Assembly: GCA_035277665.1 (NCBI GenBank)
Contig: DATEKC010000148.1
Span: forward strand, 3,164-67,163
Reading direction: 5' to 3'
Source: Terriglobia bacterium
GTDB lineage: Bacteria > Acidobacteriota > Terriglobia > UBA7540
DNA: 64,000 bases
The translations under genes and the position numbers were made by a program. Of this stretch, positions 19,319 to 28,073 are shown one piece after another (the stretch's first letter is position 1; each line of letters starts with the position of its first letter). The notes under the pieces are model-generated. The model did no database searches and was not told where the DNA came from. It worked only from the letters and a program-made list of their open reading frames with translations.

Positions 19319-20149
19319 CTAGATACCTCGCAGGCCCCTGGCGATCATTTCAACGGCCAGGACCAGCAAAATCACGAGAAAGAAAATTCGCACTGACTGG
19401 TTCGTCAGGCGCACCAGCACTCGCGTACCGAGAAAAGCGCCGGCTACTACTCCCAGGATGATGGGCACGGCCAGCCCGGGATTAATGTACCCGGCAGCCA
19501 GGTAAACGCTAGTTCCGGCCAGCGCCGTGACCCCGATAATCAGATTGCTGGTGGTGGTGGAAACCTTGGCGGGAAGGCCCATCACCAGATCGTGGATCAG
19601 CACCTTTAACGCGCCCGCGCCGATGCCCAGCAGGCCGGCCACGATTCCCGCCCCAAACATCAGGGGCGCGCCCAGGTAGGCCCGCCGGGCCTTGTACGCA
19701 ACGGTCTTGCCTGTGGCCAGGTCCGGGTAGCTGCCTTCAAGCTCCAGCCAGCGGGTGAAAGCATCCTGCTCCGCCACCTGGCCTAAGGAAAGGTACTTGT
19801 CCATCAGTAACACCACCCACGACCCCAGCAGGACCAACCCAAAAATGATGTAGAGGGGGCGCGGCGACGAGGCGAGCGTGATGCGCGCCCCCACCATCGC
19901 GCCGACGATGGTGAACATTTCGAGAAACATCCCCACCTTGAGATTGGTGATGTGGTCGCGGACGTAGGCCGAGGCGGACCCGCTGGAAGTGGCGATTACG
20001 GAAAGAATGCTGATGGCAATCGCGTGCTTGATGTCGATGCCAAAGAAAGTAAGTGCAGGAATGAGGATGATCCCGCCGCCCATGCCTCCCATGGCGCCGA
20101 TAAAGCCGGCCAACACTGAAACAGGAAATAACAGTTCAAATGAGACCAT
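19319..20149 (-). CDS. TauE/SafE family sulfite/anion exporter
   Basis: 276 aa, 7-8 TM helices, internally duplicated Gly-rich helices (GAMGGMGGGIILIPAL ... GLLGIGAGALKV). Confidence 0.85.
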   Translation of the reverse strand: MVSFELLFPVSVLAGFIGAMGGMGGGIILIPALTFFGIDIKHAIAISILSVIATSSGSASAYVRDHITNLKVGMFLEMFTIVGAMVGARITLASSPRPLYIIFGLVLLGSWVVLLMDKYLSLGQVAEQDAFTRWLELEGSYPDLATGKTVAYKARRAYLGAPLMFGAGIVAGLLGIGAGALKVLIHDLVMGLPAKVSTTTSNLIIGVTALAGTSVYLAAGYINPGLAVPIILGVVAGAFLGTRVLVRLTNQSVRIFFLVILLVLAVEMIARGLRGI

Positions 20150-20477
20150 GGGTTTTCAGGCGCAGGTCTCGTTCGCGTGTGCGGGTGTCAAGAACCGGCG
20201 GCATTACAGTCCTCCAGACCGAACGTCAATCCAACGGTGCGTGAAAAAGAGGATCGGCACCGTCTGTCACCATCCACTGAAACGGCCGTCTACTTCGGTC
20301 TGAAGTCTCGAACCGTCCCATTGTTGCACAACAACTCTTATTATAAATAGCCTGGGACATTTCGGGGAAAGCTCTTTCGAGGCATCGTGGGCCCTTGCCT
20401 CCAGGCGGCAGAGGACAAATCGGCGCTTTGCGGCCCGGAATGAGGGCCCGCGCCCAAAGCCCGCCTGGGGCAACCGC

Positions 20478-20506
20478 TTGACACTCTTAGCCGGCTTTGA
20501 TAGCGT
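20478..20506 (+). promoter_or_regulatory. Candidate sigma-70 promoter (TTGACA-17 nt-TAGCGT)
   Basis: Perfect -35 at 20478-20483, 17-nt spacer, weak -10 at 20501-20506. It lies about 65 nt upstream of the enolase-family gene. Confidence 0.35.
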
Positions 20507-20569
20507 CCAACGCGGTTTCGAACAGTTAAACCCGACGGTAAGAATTTATCGGCACTAAAGGAGTTTCTG

Positions 20570-21901
20570 ATGGATAGACGAGAATACTTCAAGCTTGGCG
20601 TGGCGGGAGCTATGGGCGCCGCACTTTCGGCGCAGCCGCTTGCCGCTCAAGAGCGGGAAGCGCGCGCAACGCGCGGCCTGCCCACACCCATCATCAAAGA
20701 CATTCAGGTGATCGCCACCCAGCCGGCGGGCGTGCGCCTGGTGGTGGTGAAGATCATCACAGACCAGCCGGGCCTTTACGGCTACGGCTGCGCCACATTT
20801 ACGCAGCGCGCCGACCTGGTGGTGCCTGCCGTGGAGAAATATCTCAAGCCGCTGCTGCTGGGCAAACCCTGCGACCGCATTGAGGATACCTGGCAGGCCT
20901 GCTACAACAGTTCTTATTGGCGCAATGGCGGGGTTCTGAACAACGCTATCAGCGGTGTTGACCAGGCGCTTTGGGACATCAAGGGGCGGCAGGCCAAAAT
21001 GCCCGTCTACCAGTTGCTGGGCGGCAAGGCGCGCGAAGCGGCGCTGGTCTATGGCACCACAGGGGGTACGGACGCTTCCGAGGCCGTCGATCGCGTGCGA
21101 GGGCTGATGGACAAGGGATTCAAAGTGATCAAGGTGATGGTGGGCGTGCCCGGCATGTCATCCTATGGCCCTTCGAGCGGGCCGCCCGTGCGCGGTTTGT
21201 GGCCGGGGCCGGTGTGGGAGCCGGGACCGTACATGCGCCTGACGCTGAAGATGCTGGAAGCGTGCCGCAGGCAACTGGGCGATGAAATCGAACTGATCCA
21301 CGACGTGCACGAGCGCGTGAGCCCGCACCAGGCCGTGCAGTTTGCCAAGGAACTGGAACCCATCCGGCTGTTCTATCTGGAAGACGTCCTCTCGCCCGAA
21401 CATATTGACTACTTCCGGCAGATCCGGCAGCAGTGTTCCACGTCGCTCTCCATGGGCGAGCTGTTCAACAACCCGCATGAATGGAAGCCGCTGATCGAAG
21501 GCCGATTGATCGATTACATCCGGGTGCACGTCTCGCAGGCTGGAGGGCTGACGCCGGCAAGGAAGATCGCCATCCTGTGTGAAATGTACGGAGTGAAAAC
21601 CGCCTGGCACGGCCCGGGAGACGTTTCACCTGTGGGCCACACGGCGCAACTGCACCTGGACCTCGCCAGCAGCAGCTTCGGCATCCAGGAGGGCGGCATC
21701 ATCACCGGCCTCGAGGCTGAAATGTTCAAGGGCTGCGCCACTTATAAGGACGGCTACATCTACGCCAGCGACAAACCCGGTTGGGGAATCGAAGTGGATG
21801 AGGCGCTCGCCGCCAAATATCCCTTCCGCGACGACCGCGAGCACCTGAACGGCGGCTGGGGCATCGTGCGCCGCTACGATGGCGCGGTGATCAATCAATA
21901 A
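20570..21901 (+). CDS. Enolase-superfamily dehydratase (ManD / D-galactonate dehydratase-like) with a Tat-like signal
   Basis: Leader MDRREYFKLGVAGAMGAALSAQPLAAQ. IKDIQVIAT...YGYGCATF...WDIKGR...IHDVHERV...YLEDV match the ManD/RspA subgroup pattern. Confidence 0.85.
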   Translation: MDRREYFKLGVAGAMGAALSAQPLAAQEREARATRGLPTPIIKDIQVIATQPAGVRLVVVKIITDQPGLYGYGCATFTQRADLVVPAVEKYLKPLLLGKPCDRIEDTWQACYNSSYWRNGGVLNNAISGVDQALWDIKGRQAKMPVYQLLGGKAREAALVYGTTGGTDASEAVDRVRGLMDKGFKVIKVMVGVPGMSSYGPSSGPPVRGLWPGPVWEPGPYMRLTLKMLEACRRQLGDEIELIHDVHERVSPHQAVQFAKELEPIRLFYLEDVLSPEHIDYFRQIRQQCSTSLSMGELFNNPHEWKPLIEGRLIDYIRVHVSQAGGLTPARKIAILCEMYGVKTAWHGPGDVSPVGHTAQLHLDLASSSFGIQEGGIITGLEAEMFKGCATYKDGYIYASDKPGWGIEVDEALAAKYPFRDDREHLNGGWGIVRRYDGAVINQ

Positions 21902-21909
21902 GGCGGGCA
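21842..21909 (+). repeat. Copy A of a 68-nt direct repeat (the 3' end of the enolase-family gene)
   Basis: It matches 25275-25342 at 64 of 68 positions by eye. Confidence 0.8.
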
Positions 21910-22053
21910 GAACAATCTGGAGCACGGGATCCTGAAGATCAAAAAGGCGGCGAGGTTTGTGTCACTCAACTTAGGCTACTGGGATAAAGAAGGTGCGACT
22001 CCCGGCGGGAATGGTGGCTCATGCTCTCCGGCAGCGCGAAGTTGCACTCTCCG

Positions 22054-24201
22054 TCAAGGCTGAGGGACTGCAACCCGCGCAAGCGCTGTCAGTCCCAGCC
22101 CGCGCCCGCAATCGGTGGCATAGATGATGCCTTTCAAGTCGCCGGTCCAGGCCGGATGCGTGGAGTTGCAATACCCGTGAGTCAACTGGATGTCGCGGCC
22201 TGTTTTCAGATCAAGGAGCGCGAGATGCCACGCACCGCCTTTTTCCCGGCTGTAGGCGAGCCATTTTCCGTCCGGCGACTCGGCCGGAAATCGTGACGGA
22301 GCTGAGGAACCGGTCAAAATGGGTTTGACCTGGAGCGACACGGGATCGGCGCTAAAAATTTGAAGGGTTCCGCTGGGGCGCGCCGAGTACAGGATCCGGC
22401 CATTCGAACCAAATGACACGTCCCAGACGTCGTCATTGGGCCCGGCGATTTCGCGCGCCCGCAGGCCGTCAGGCTGCTGCTTTCCCTCCGTCAGATTAGC
22501 TACCCAGAGGCTCCCTCGGCCTTTATCATCCCTGATAAATGCAAGCCACCGCCCGTCAGCTGAAACCGCCGGCATGGTGGCATCCTCGACCATTGTGACC
22601 GGAAGAGCGCGGTGGTTTGGATTGTCCAGTTGGTCGATTCGCACGATGCGCGAACGCGAGCCGGAGAGTTCCACCCAAAGTTGGTCTCCGGCAGACGACC
22701 ATGACGGGTGGAAGGCGTCCGAGTCGAAGTTGAAGTTCCGGGCGTTTGTGCCTTGCAGGAAGGTCAGCCCGAAACCGGCCGACGTGAGCCTCACAAACCA
22801 GGTCCCGAGGCGGCTTGCAACGGGGTCGGTCGCCATGATACTGTCCGAAGAGGCGATCACCCGGCCGGAATAGTTTTCGAACTGGCCGCGCAAGCTTCGA
22901 AAACCGGCCGCTGCTCCCACGCCATACAAGAAGATAAACCCCAACGCTGCGGCTTCTCGCGTACGCAGCCGCAGTTTGAGAGGCGTATCATTGGCCCGGT
23001 TAAGCTCTCTGAGCAGGAACATCCATAGCCCAAGCTCCGCGTAAAGCCTTGAAAAGCCTAGTATGGCCTGCCAACCCGGCGGAGATGAAGGTGTCCAACG
23101 GTAAATTGGCAGACAGACGAGCGTGTACAGGGCAATCCATGCAGCCAGTGCGGGCATTTTTCCCGTTTGTGTCAGGTAATCCGCAATAAGCGTTGCCGAA
23201 AGAATCAGCGCGCAGTAGTGGTAAGGAGACGGGGCCGTCGAAAGAACCAAAAGCAGGGCGGTGTAGCTTCCCCATTCCAGCATGTCCCGCCCTGGGTTCC
23301 TTCGGCGCGGATTAACAAACCAGAAAAAGGAGACGAAAAGCACTGCCTGACAGATTGGCTGCAGGAGAGCGAAAGCCGGCGGGAAATTCACCAAAGGATA
23401 TGGATTGAGGTTTGGCTCAGCGATGAACAGCCGGCGAAACAGTGCGGATAATGAGTTCCACCTTACGGCGTAAGGGTCTAATGAGGTTCCTGAGAGCAAC
23501 CGTGGAAGAACCTCGAACAGGTAACTCCGGTTGGCCGCCCACCCGAAAAGCGCCACTGAAAGTCCTGCAAGCAGAATGCAGCCCGCCACCAGTCCGAAGA
23601 CGGCCCGCCATTGCTTCTTCGAAAGGAAATAGAACAAAAACAAGGCAGGATAAATCTTGAGGGCCGATGCCACAGCCAAAGCAGCTCCGGAAGTTGCAGG
23701 CCGACCTCTCAAGTAAGCCCAGGCGGCTACAGTCAGCAGGAAAAGCACGAGAACGTGCATCTGGCCGAAGAGGAAGTTGATCAACAGCGGGTCTAGCGCA
23801 AGAAAGGTCAAAAGCATGACCCGCCGCAACCCGAGCTTTGACATCCTGGCCAGGAGAAGGATGACCAGCCCTAACAGGATCAGATTCACGATCAGCCACA
23901 ACCGCTTGGCTGTAAGCGGCGGAAAGGATGCAAGTGGCTCGACCGGAAGCATCGAGAGCAGTGTCAGTCCGACAAAACCTATGATCGAGTTCTTGATTCC
24001 GGCGTGATCTTTCTGCCGAATAAACCAGGCCCAGTCATTCACCCGATCCAGCGTAAAGCCCTGCCGATGAAGGCGGGCCGCCAGGTAGTAATTGGGGAAA
24101 TCAGTGTTGAGGTTCGTCCACGCCGGTTGAAATCCGAACCAAAAAAACAGGCCGATGAGGACAAGCAGTACGGCAGATTCGGCCCACGGAAGCGCCTTCA
24201 T
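22054..24201 (-). CDS. Fusion protein: GT-C fold membrane glycosyltransferase-like domain (DUF2029/GT87-like) plus a C-terminal TolB-like PD40 beta-propeller
   Basis: About 11 TM helices follow MKALPWAES, with the FPNYYLAARL motif. The C-terminal 300 aa carry PD40-type repeats (SADGRWLAFIRDD, NGRILYSARPSG, SPDGKWLAYSREKGG). ATG 24201 is preferred over the 73-codon hydrophilic upstream extension. Confidence 0.7.
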   Translation of the reverse strand: MKALPWAESAVLLVLIGLFFWFGFQPAWTNLNTDFPNYYLAARLHRQGFTLDRVNDWAWFIRQKDHAGIKNSIIGFVGLTLLSMLPVEPLASFPPLTAKRLWLIVNLILLGLVILLLARMSKLGLRRVMLLTFLALDPLLINFLFGQMHVLVLFLLTVAAWAYLRGRPATSGAALAVASALKIYPALFLFYFLSKKQWRAVFGLVAGCILLAGLSVALFGWAANRSYLFEVLPRLLSGTSLDPYAVRWNSLSALFRRLFIAEPNLNPYPLVNFPPAFALLQPICQAVLFVSFFWFVNPRRRNPGRDMLEWGSYTALLLVLSTAPSPYHYCALILSATLIADYLTQTGKMPALAAWIALYTLVCLPIYRWTPSSPPGWQAILGFSRLYAELGLWMFLLRELNRANDTPLKLRLRTREAAALGFIFLYGVGAAAGFRSLRGQFENYSGRVIASSDSIMATDPVASRLGTWFVRLTSAGFGLTFLQGTNARNFNFDSDAFHPSWSSAGDQLWVELSGSRSRIVRIDQLDNPNHRALPVTMVEDATMPAVSADGRWLAFIRDDKGRGSLWVANLTEGKQQPDGLRAREIAGPNDDVWDVSFGSNGRILYSARPSGTLQIFSADPVSLQVKPILTGSSAPSRFPAESPDGKWLAYSREKGGAWHLALLDLKTGRDIQLTHGYCNSTHPAWTGDLKGIIYATDCGRGLGLTALARVAVPQP

Positions 24202-24732
24202 CCCTTGACGCGGCGGATGGCCCGCCGCCGTGACGATTTCCAGCGGTCGTCTATCCGGCGAACCTTGCCGGGCGGCTGTCGAGCGCGAGGTGGTGTCCAA
24301 TCTGTCGAGAATACTAGTGAACCCGCCTCCAGAATGTGTCTCCGTGGCGTCAAGGGGCCGCAAAATGTTTGTCGGCAGTGATATTCCAACGTCTGGGTCT
24401 TTCGCGCTGCAGGAGGGCAAGCTCTACGGCCTCAACGTGGAAGTGGAGAAATCAATTTCGGCCCGTATCAATTTGTTCCAGCTCTTGCAAAACCGTGGAG
24501 CCTGAACCTGAAGGACGGATTCATTTACGCTGCGACCTCGCAGGGATGCGAGTGAAAAGCGGAAATGACCCGCGAATGCTGATATGATGCGAACGGGTTT
24601 TTAACCTTACATCTTAATCAGAATCCGGACCATTGCGGGCCCTGCGGGGATAAGCCCCGATCGCTGGAGAGAATCCGGCGGTGAAAACACCGGTGCCGCA
24701 ATGATTTAAGATCGGCCGGTCGATTATACGCT

Positions 24733-25248
24733 ATGCCGCGAACGCGCAATCTGATGGCTGCAACTATGGGCGAGGCTCTTTTGATCCTCATCGTTGCCGC
24801 AATCGGGCGGGCAACCGGGATGCCTCTAATTTTCGCCAGCCTGGGCCCAACCGCCTACGAACTCCTCGAACAGCCACACTCGAAATCCGCAAGGACCTAC
24901 AATATTGTCGTCGGGCATCTGGTCGGATTGGGCGCAGGCTTTTTTGCCCTCTGGGTTTTCAACGCCTGGGGCAGCCCGAAGGTCCTGTCGGCGGGATTTG
25001 TTCCGGGGATCCGGATATGGGCAACCGTGCTTGCGGGCGCTTTGACAAGCGGCATCACCCTGGCAATCGATGCAAATCAGCCGGCTTCTCTTGCCACATC
25101 TTTGCTCGTATCGTTAGGGTCCATGCAAACCGTCCGTAGCGCAGTTGCGATCATCATCGGAGTCCTGATACTGGCCGGTGTTGGTGAACCGGTAAGGCGT
25201 CAACGCGCGAAGTACCGCCCGGAAGTAAAAGTTCTTCCTCAAAAATGA
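24733..25248 (+). CDS. HPP-family-like integral membrane protein
   Basis: 171 aa with 4-5 TM helices. FASLGPTAYEL and QPASLATSLLV resemble HPP-family motifs. Confidence 0.55.
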   Translation: MPRTRNLMAATMGEALLILIVAAIGRATGMPLIFASLGPTAYELLEQPHSKSARTYNIVVGHLVGLGAGFFALWVFNAWGSPKVLSAGFVPGIRIWATVLAGALTSGITLAIDANQPASLATSLLVSLGSMQTVRSAVAIIIGVLILAGVGEPVRRQRAKYRPEVKVLPQK

Positions 25249-25259
25249 AAGCTCCCTCC

Positions 25260-25334
25260 CGCGATGGACCCGACCACCTGAACGGCGGCTGGGGCATCGT
25301 CCGCCGCTACGATGGCGCGGTCATCAATCAATAA
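25260..25334 (+). pseudogene. Relic of the last ~25 codons of an enolase-family paralog (copy B of the repeat)
   Basis: It translates to RDGPDHLNGGWGIVRRYDGAVINQ*, against RDDREHLNGGWGIVRRYDGAVINQ* at 21827-21901. The two coding differences in the conserved part are synonymous (GTG to GTC, twice). No upstream ORF is attached. Confidence 0.75.
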
Positions 25335-25426
25335 GACGGGCGGAAAAAAGCCAAACGTGGGACCGCACCCTAGGCGTCAATCCGGAAGCCCCATGCGAAA
25401 AGTTTTACAGCTATGCAATAATTTCC

Positions 25427-25456
25427 TTGACAAGAGCTGACAGGGGGGGGTAGTAT
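25427..25456 (+). promoter_or_regulatory. Sigma-70 promoter TTGACA-18 nt-TAGTAT with a G8 tract in the spacer
   Basis: -35 at 25427-25432 and -10 at 25451-25456. The spacer ends in GGGGGGGG (25443-25450). AAAGGAG lies 6-7 nt before ATG 25511. Confidence 0.6.
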
Positions 25457-25510
25457 CCGCGACAAGGGGAAATAGGCACACAATCGAACCTTCGCAGAAA
25501 GGAGCTGTTC

Positions 25511-25957
25511 ATGAAAACCATCCTTATTTCGGTTTTTATCGCGGTGGTTTCTCTAAGCACACAGGCCCACGCGCAGTGTGGATGTCGCCATATAACGACC
25601 AAACAGATTAATTGCTGTGGACAGTATAAGGGTATCCAAACTTGTGCGGGACCAACTGGTAATTGCAACACTTGCAACTCGTGTGCTCAACAAATCATGT
25701 GCTGTTCGGACAACCTCTGCTCTGCCGGCCTGGGGGGATCCTGCTCGAGCTCTGTGACCTCGCTCAACGGTGGGAATTCAGTTCTTCTAGCGAGCGGGAC
25801 AAACGGCTGCGCAGGAGCAAGCAAGGCCACATTACAAACTAGTCCCGCGGCGCGAGGCGTCTTGCCAGGTAAAGCCGATCCAAAAACGACTGGGCCAGCG
25901 GAGGACAGCCGGAAGGCTTCCGCTTCCACGGCCCCGCAGGGAGGGGGTGCGCAATGA
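25511..25957 (+). CDS. Sec-exported Cys-rich mini-protein 1 (13 Cys in the ~60-aa core, disordered tail)
   Basis: Signal MKTILISVFIAVVSLSTQAHA, then QCGCRHITTKQINCCGQYKGIQTCAGPTGNCNTCNSCAQQIMCCSDNLCSAGLGGSC. Good promoter and RBS. Its stop overlaps the next start (ATGA, 25954-25957). Confidence 0.7.
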   Translation: MKTILISVFIAVVSLSTQAHAQCGCRHITTKQINCCGQYKGIQTCAGPTGNCNTCNSCAQQIMCCSDNLCSAGLGGSCSSSVTSLNGGNSVLLASGTNGCAGASKATLQTSPAARGVLPGKADPKTTGPAEDSRKASASTAPQGGGAQ

Positions 25958-27045
25958 AGAAGAATTCAACCAATGCGATAAAACATGCGCTTCTGATTCT
26001 CGTGCCCTTGCTTTCTGTCGGCGCTCTCCTCCCTCAAGAATCGCCAACGCTGGTTGCAAAGGCAGTGGTCCCCCTGACTGGTACTTTAGCCAGCCTGGGA
26101 CCCCTGATGGAGCCTTCGAGATGCGACCCGGACGGGGGTGTTTATTTACGCGTCTACAGCTCACCGCAGTGGGGTCTCATGCCCGTCATCAGGGTCTCGA
26201 CCGATGGCAAGGAAGCGGCGGAGTTCAGGATTGACCAGATCAGCGACCCGCCGCTGAAGGAGGGCGTTTTACAGGATTTCGCTGTCGACTTGCGGGGCAA
26301 CGTTTATGGCCTGGTATTCCTCAGCAAAACCAACGAGTCGTACGTCGCACGTTTCCAACGCGATGGCCAATTCGATTCAGCCATCAAGCTGGACTCGAAG
26401 GTTTTCCCGACCGCTCTGGCGGTGTTTCCGAGCCGGGAGTTCCTCATGTCCGGCATCGTTCCTGGCTCTGCGGGTCTCAAGGATGGCAAACCGTTCACCG
26501 GCATATTCGATTTGAGCGGGGAACTTGTTAGAAGTGTGCGACTGCCGGGGGACGTCAAGCTTGGATCCGGTCCGGCGGGAGCGAAGAAGGATAACGGAAA
26601 GAAGACGAGCGAGCCGAGAAAATTCTTTGATGCGCAGGCTGACCCGGCCATTCCTTTGACATTGGGTGCCGTTGACGTGGGTGATGACGGGAACGCCTAT
26701 TTGATGCGGGCTTCCCAGCCACCCACAGTGTATGTCGTTTCGCCATCGGGCGACGTTTTGCGCCAGTGGCGTCTGAAAGCGCCTTCGCCGGACTTCTTTC
26801 CTGTGGCGATGAAAGTTTCGAGCGGCAGAATCGCCCTTGCTTTCCAGGAAAACTCCGTCGCTGCCGGATCCAAACCGGCGATCGTCTACTCGGTGTACGA
26901 CTCCTTAAGCGGCGACTTTCTAGCTGAGTATGGTGAGGGAGACGGGGTGGTTGGTGCGCTCGCCTGCTACTCACCCGACGAGTTTACATTCGTCGGGCGG
27001 GACAAAGAGCACCCGCCAGCGATTGTTGAAGCAGTTCCAAGATAG
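25954..27045 (+). CDS. Secreted or membrane-anchored hypothetical protein, beta-rich (propeller-like)
   Basis: N-terminal anchor/signal HALLILVPLLSVGALL. Recurrent beta-strand repeats (GNVYGLVF, GNAYLMRAS, GRIALAFQ, PAIVYSVYD). No family recognised. Translationally coupled to the upstream gene. Confidence 0.65.
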   Translation: MKKNSTNAIKHALLILVPLLSVGALLPQESPTLVAKAVVPLTGTLASLGPLMEPSRCDPDGGVYLRVYSSPQWGLMPVIRVSTDGKEAAEFRIDQISDPPLKEGVLQDFAVDLRGNVYGLVFLSKTNESYVARFQRDGQFDSAIKLDSKVFPTALAVFPSREFLMSGIVPGSAGLKDGKPFTGIFDLSGELVRSVRLPGDVKLGSGPAGAKKDNGKKTSEPRKFFDAQADPAIPLTLGAVDVGDDGNAYLMRASQPPTVYVVSPSGDVLRQWRLKAPSPDFFPVAMKVSSGRIALAFQENSVAAGSKPAIVYSVYDSLSGDFLAEYGEGDGVVGALACYSPDEFTFVGRDKEHPPAIVEAVPR

Positions 27046-27190
27046 ACTATGCTAACGGAACGCTCGGATTATGGTGCTCCTTCACGCGGGTGGGGGGTGA
27101 CAACTCAGGGAATATTTAAGGGGGCAGCGAATAGCACGTCGGCCCGAAGATTTAGCGGGTGCCCTGAGCGCCTGAACTAACGGGACGGAG

Positions 27191-27451
27191 GTGATTAATG
27201 AAGCGACGAAGGTTTATTTTTTTGCAACATTGGCGCTGGCTGTCGCGCTCGGAGCGCCAGTGACTCCAACGACGGCTATCGTACCCTGCTGTCAACAACC
27301 CTGCAGTCAGTGCGGCGGCACGGGAGGTACTGGCTGCTCAACCGGCCAGAGGCCCTGTGACGATTGCAGTTGCTTTTGCGATGGGACGCATGCGAAATGT
27401 TGCTGTAGGACAGGCAACACTATGGTTTGCTTTTCGCTACCCTGTGGTTAG
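27191..27451 (+). CDS. Cys-rich mini-protein 2 (14 Cys in 57 C-terminal residues)
   Basis: IVPCCQQPCSQCGGTGGTGCSTGQRPCDDCSCFCDGTHAKCCCRTGNTMVCFSLPCG. The ORF-track GTG start has no spacing to the SD. A well-spaced ATG at 27198 is in the +1 frame and meets this frame at a T7 tract (27217-27223); see findings. Confidence 0.6.
   Translation: MINEATKVYFFATLALAVALGAPVTPTTAIVPCCQQPCSQCGGTGGTGCSTGQRPCDDCSCFCDGTHAKCCCRTGNTMVCFSLPCG
27217..27223 (+). repeat. T7 homopolymer at the frame junction of Cys-rich gene 2
   Basis: Read directly: ggtttaTTTTTTTgca. Confidence 0.9.
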
Positions 27452-27479
27452 GGACATCACGTGAGAAGGAGGTCTTAAG

Positions 27480-28073
27480 ATGAAGACCGTATTTCTGGTA
27501 TTCCTCGCGGCAGGCACGCTGGGATGCGTGGTGAGTTCCGGCCGGCCCGGGCAGGGCGCCTTCGGGGTGAAAGCGACCAACAATTCCAGCTACCCCCTCC
27601 AAATTGTCTCGATCTCGCCCCAGGTCTCCGAGGACGCGACGGCATTCGAGGGCGCCAGGGTCACCTTGAAAAACAACGGAGACGTCCCATGTAATGCCTT
27701 CGCTGTATCCTTTATTATCACCTTCAGCGACGGCGAGACACGCAGGGCTACGTGGCAAGAGGATCACGTCGCTCTCGGATACACCACACAAATTCCCGCA
27801 ACCGACAATAGGATAATGCAAAACCAAACCTACAACGGGGACGCGACGGGAATGCGGCTGTCTTCCCCGGAATCCGCCGCAGTCAGTGGAATCGAGGCGC
27901 GTCTCGATTACATCGAGATGGCTGACGGAAAGAGGTACGGCGACGACCCGGATAAAGTGGGCCAGGAGTTTCGGATGTCGAGATGGGGCGCCTCCAGCGA
28001 GCGTAAGAGGCTCCTAGCCGTTTATAAGTCGGGCGGAACTGAAGCACTGGTGAATGAACTAGAGCGGAAGTAG
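27480..28073 (+). CDS. Lipoprotein, unknown function
   Basis: Lipobox LAAGTLG-C. AAGGAGG RBS 6 nt upstream. It lies 28 nt after Cys-rich gene 2. Confidence 0.75.
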   Translation: MKTVFLVFLAAGTLGCVVSSGRPGQGAFGVKATNNSSYPLQIVSISPQVSEDATAFEGARVTLKNNGDVPCNAFAVSFIITFSDGETRRATWQEDHVALGYTTQIPATDNRIMQNQTYNGDATGMRLSSPESAAVSGIEARLDYIEMADGKRYGDDPDKVGQEFRMSRWGASSERKRLLAVYKSGGTEALVNELERK

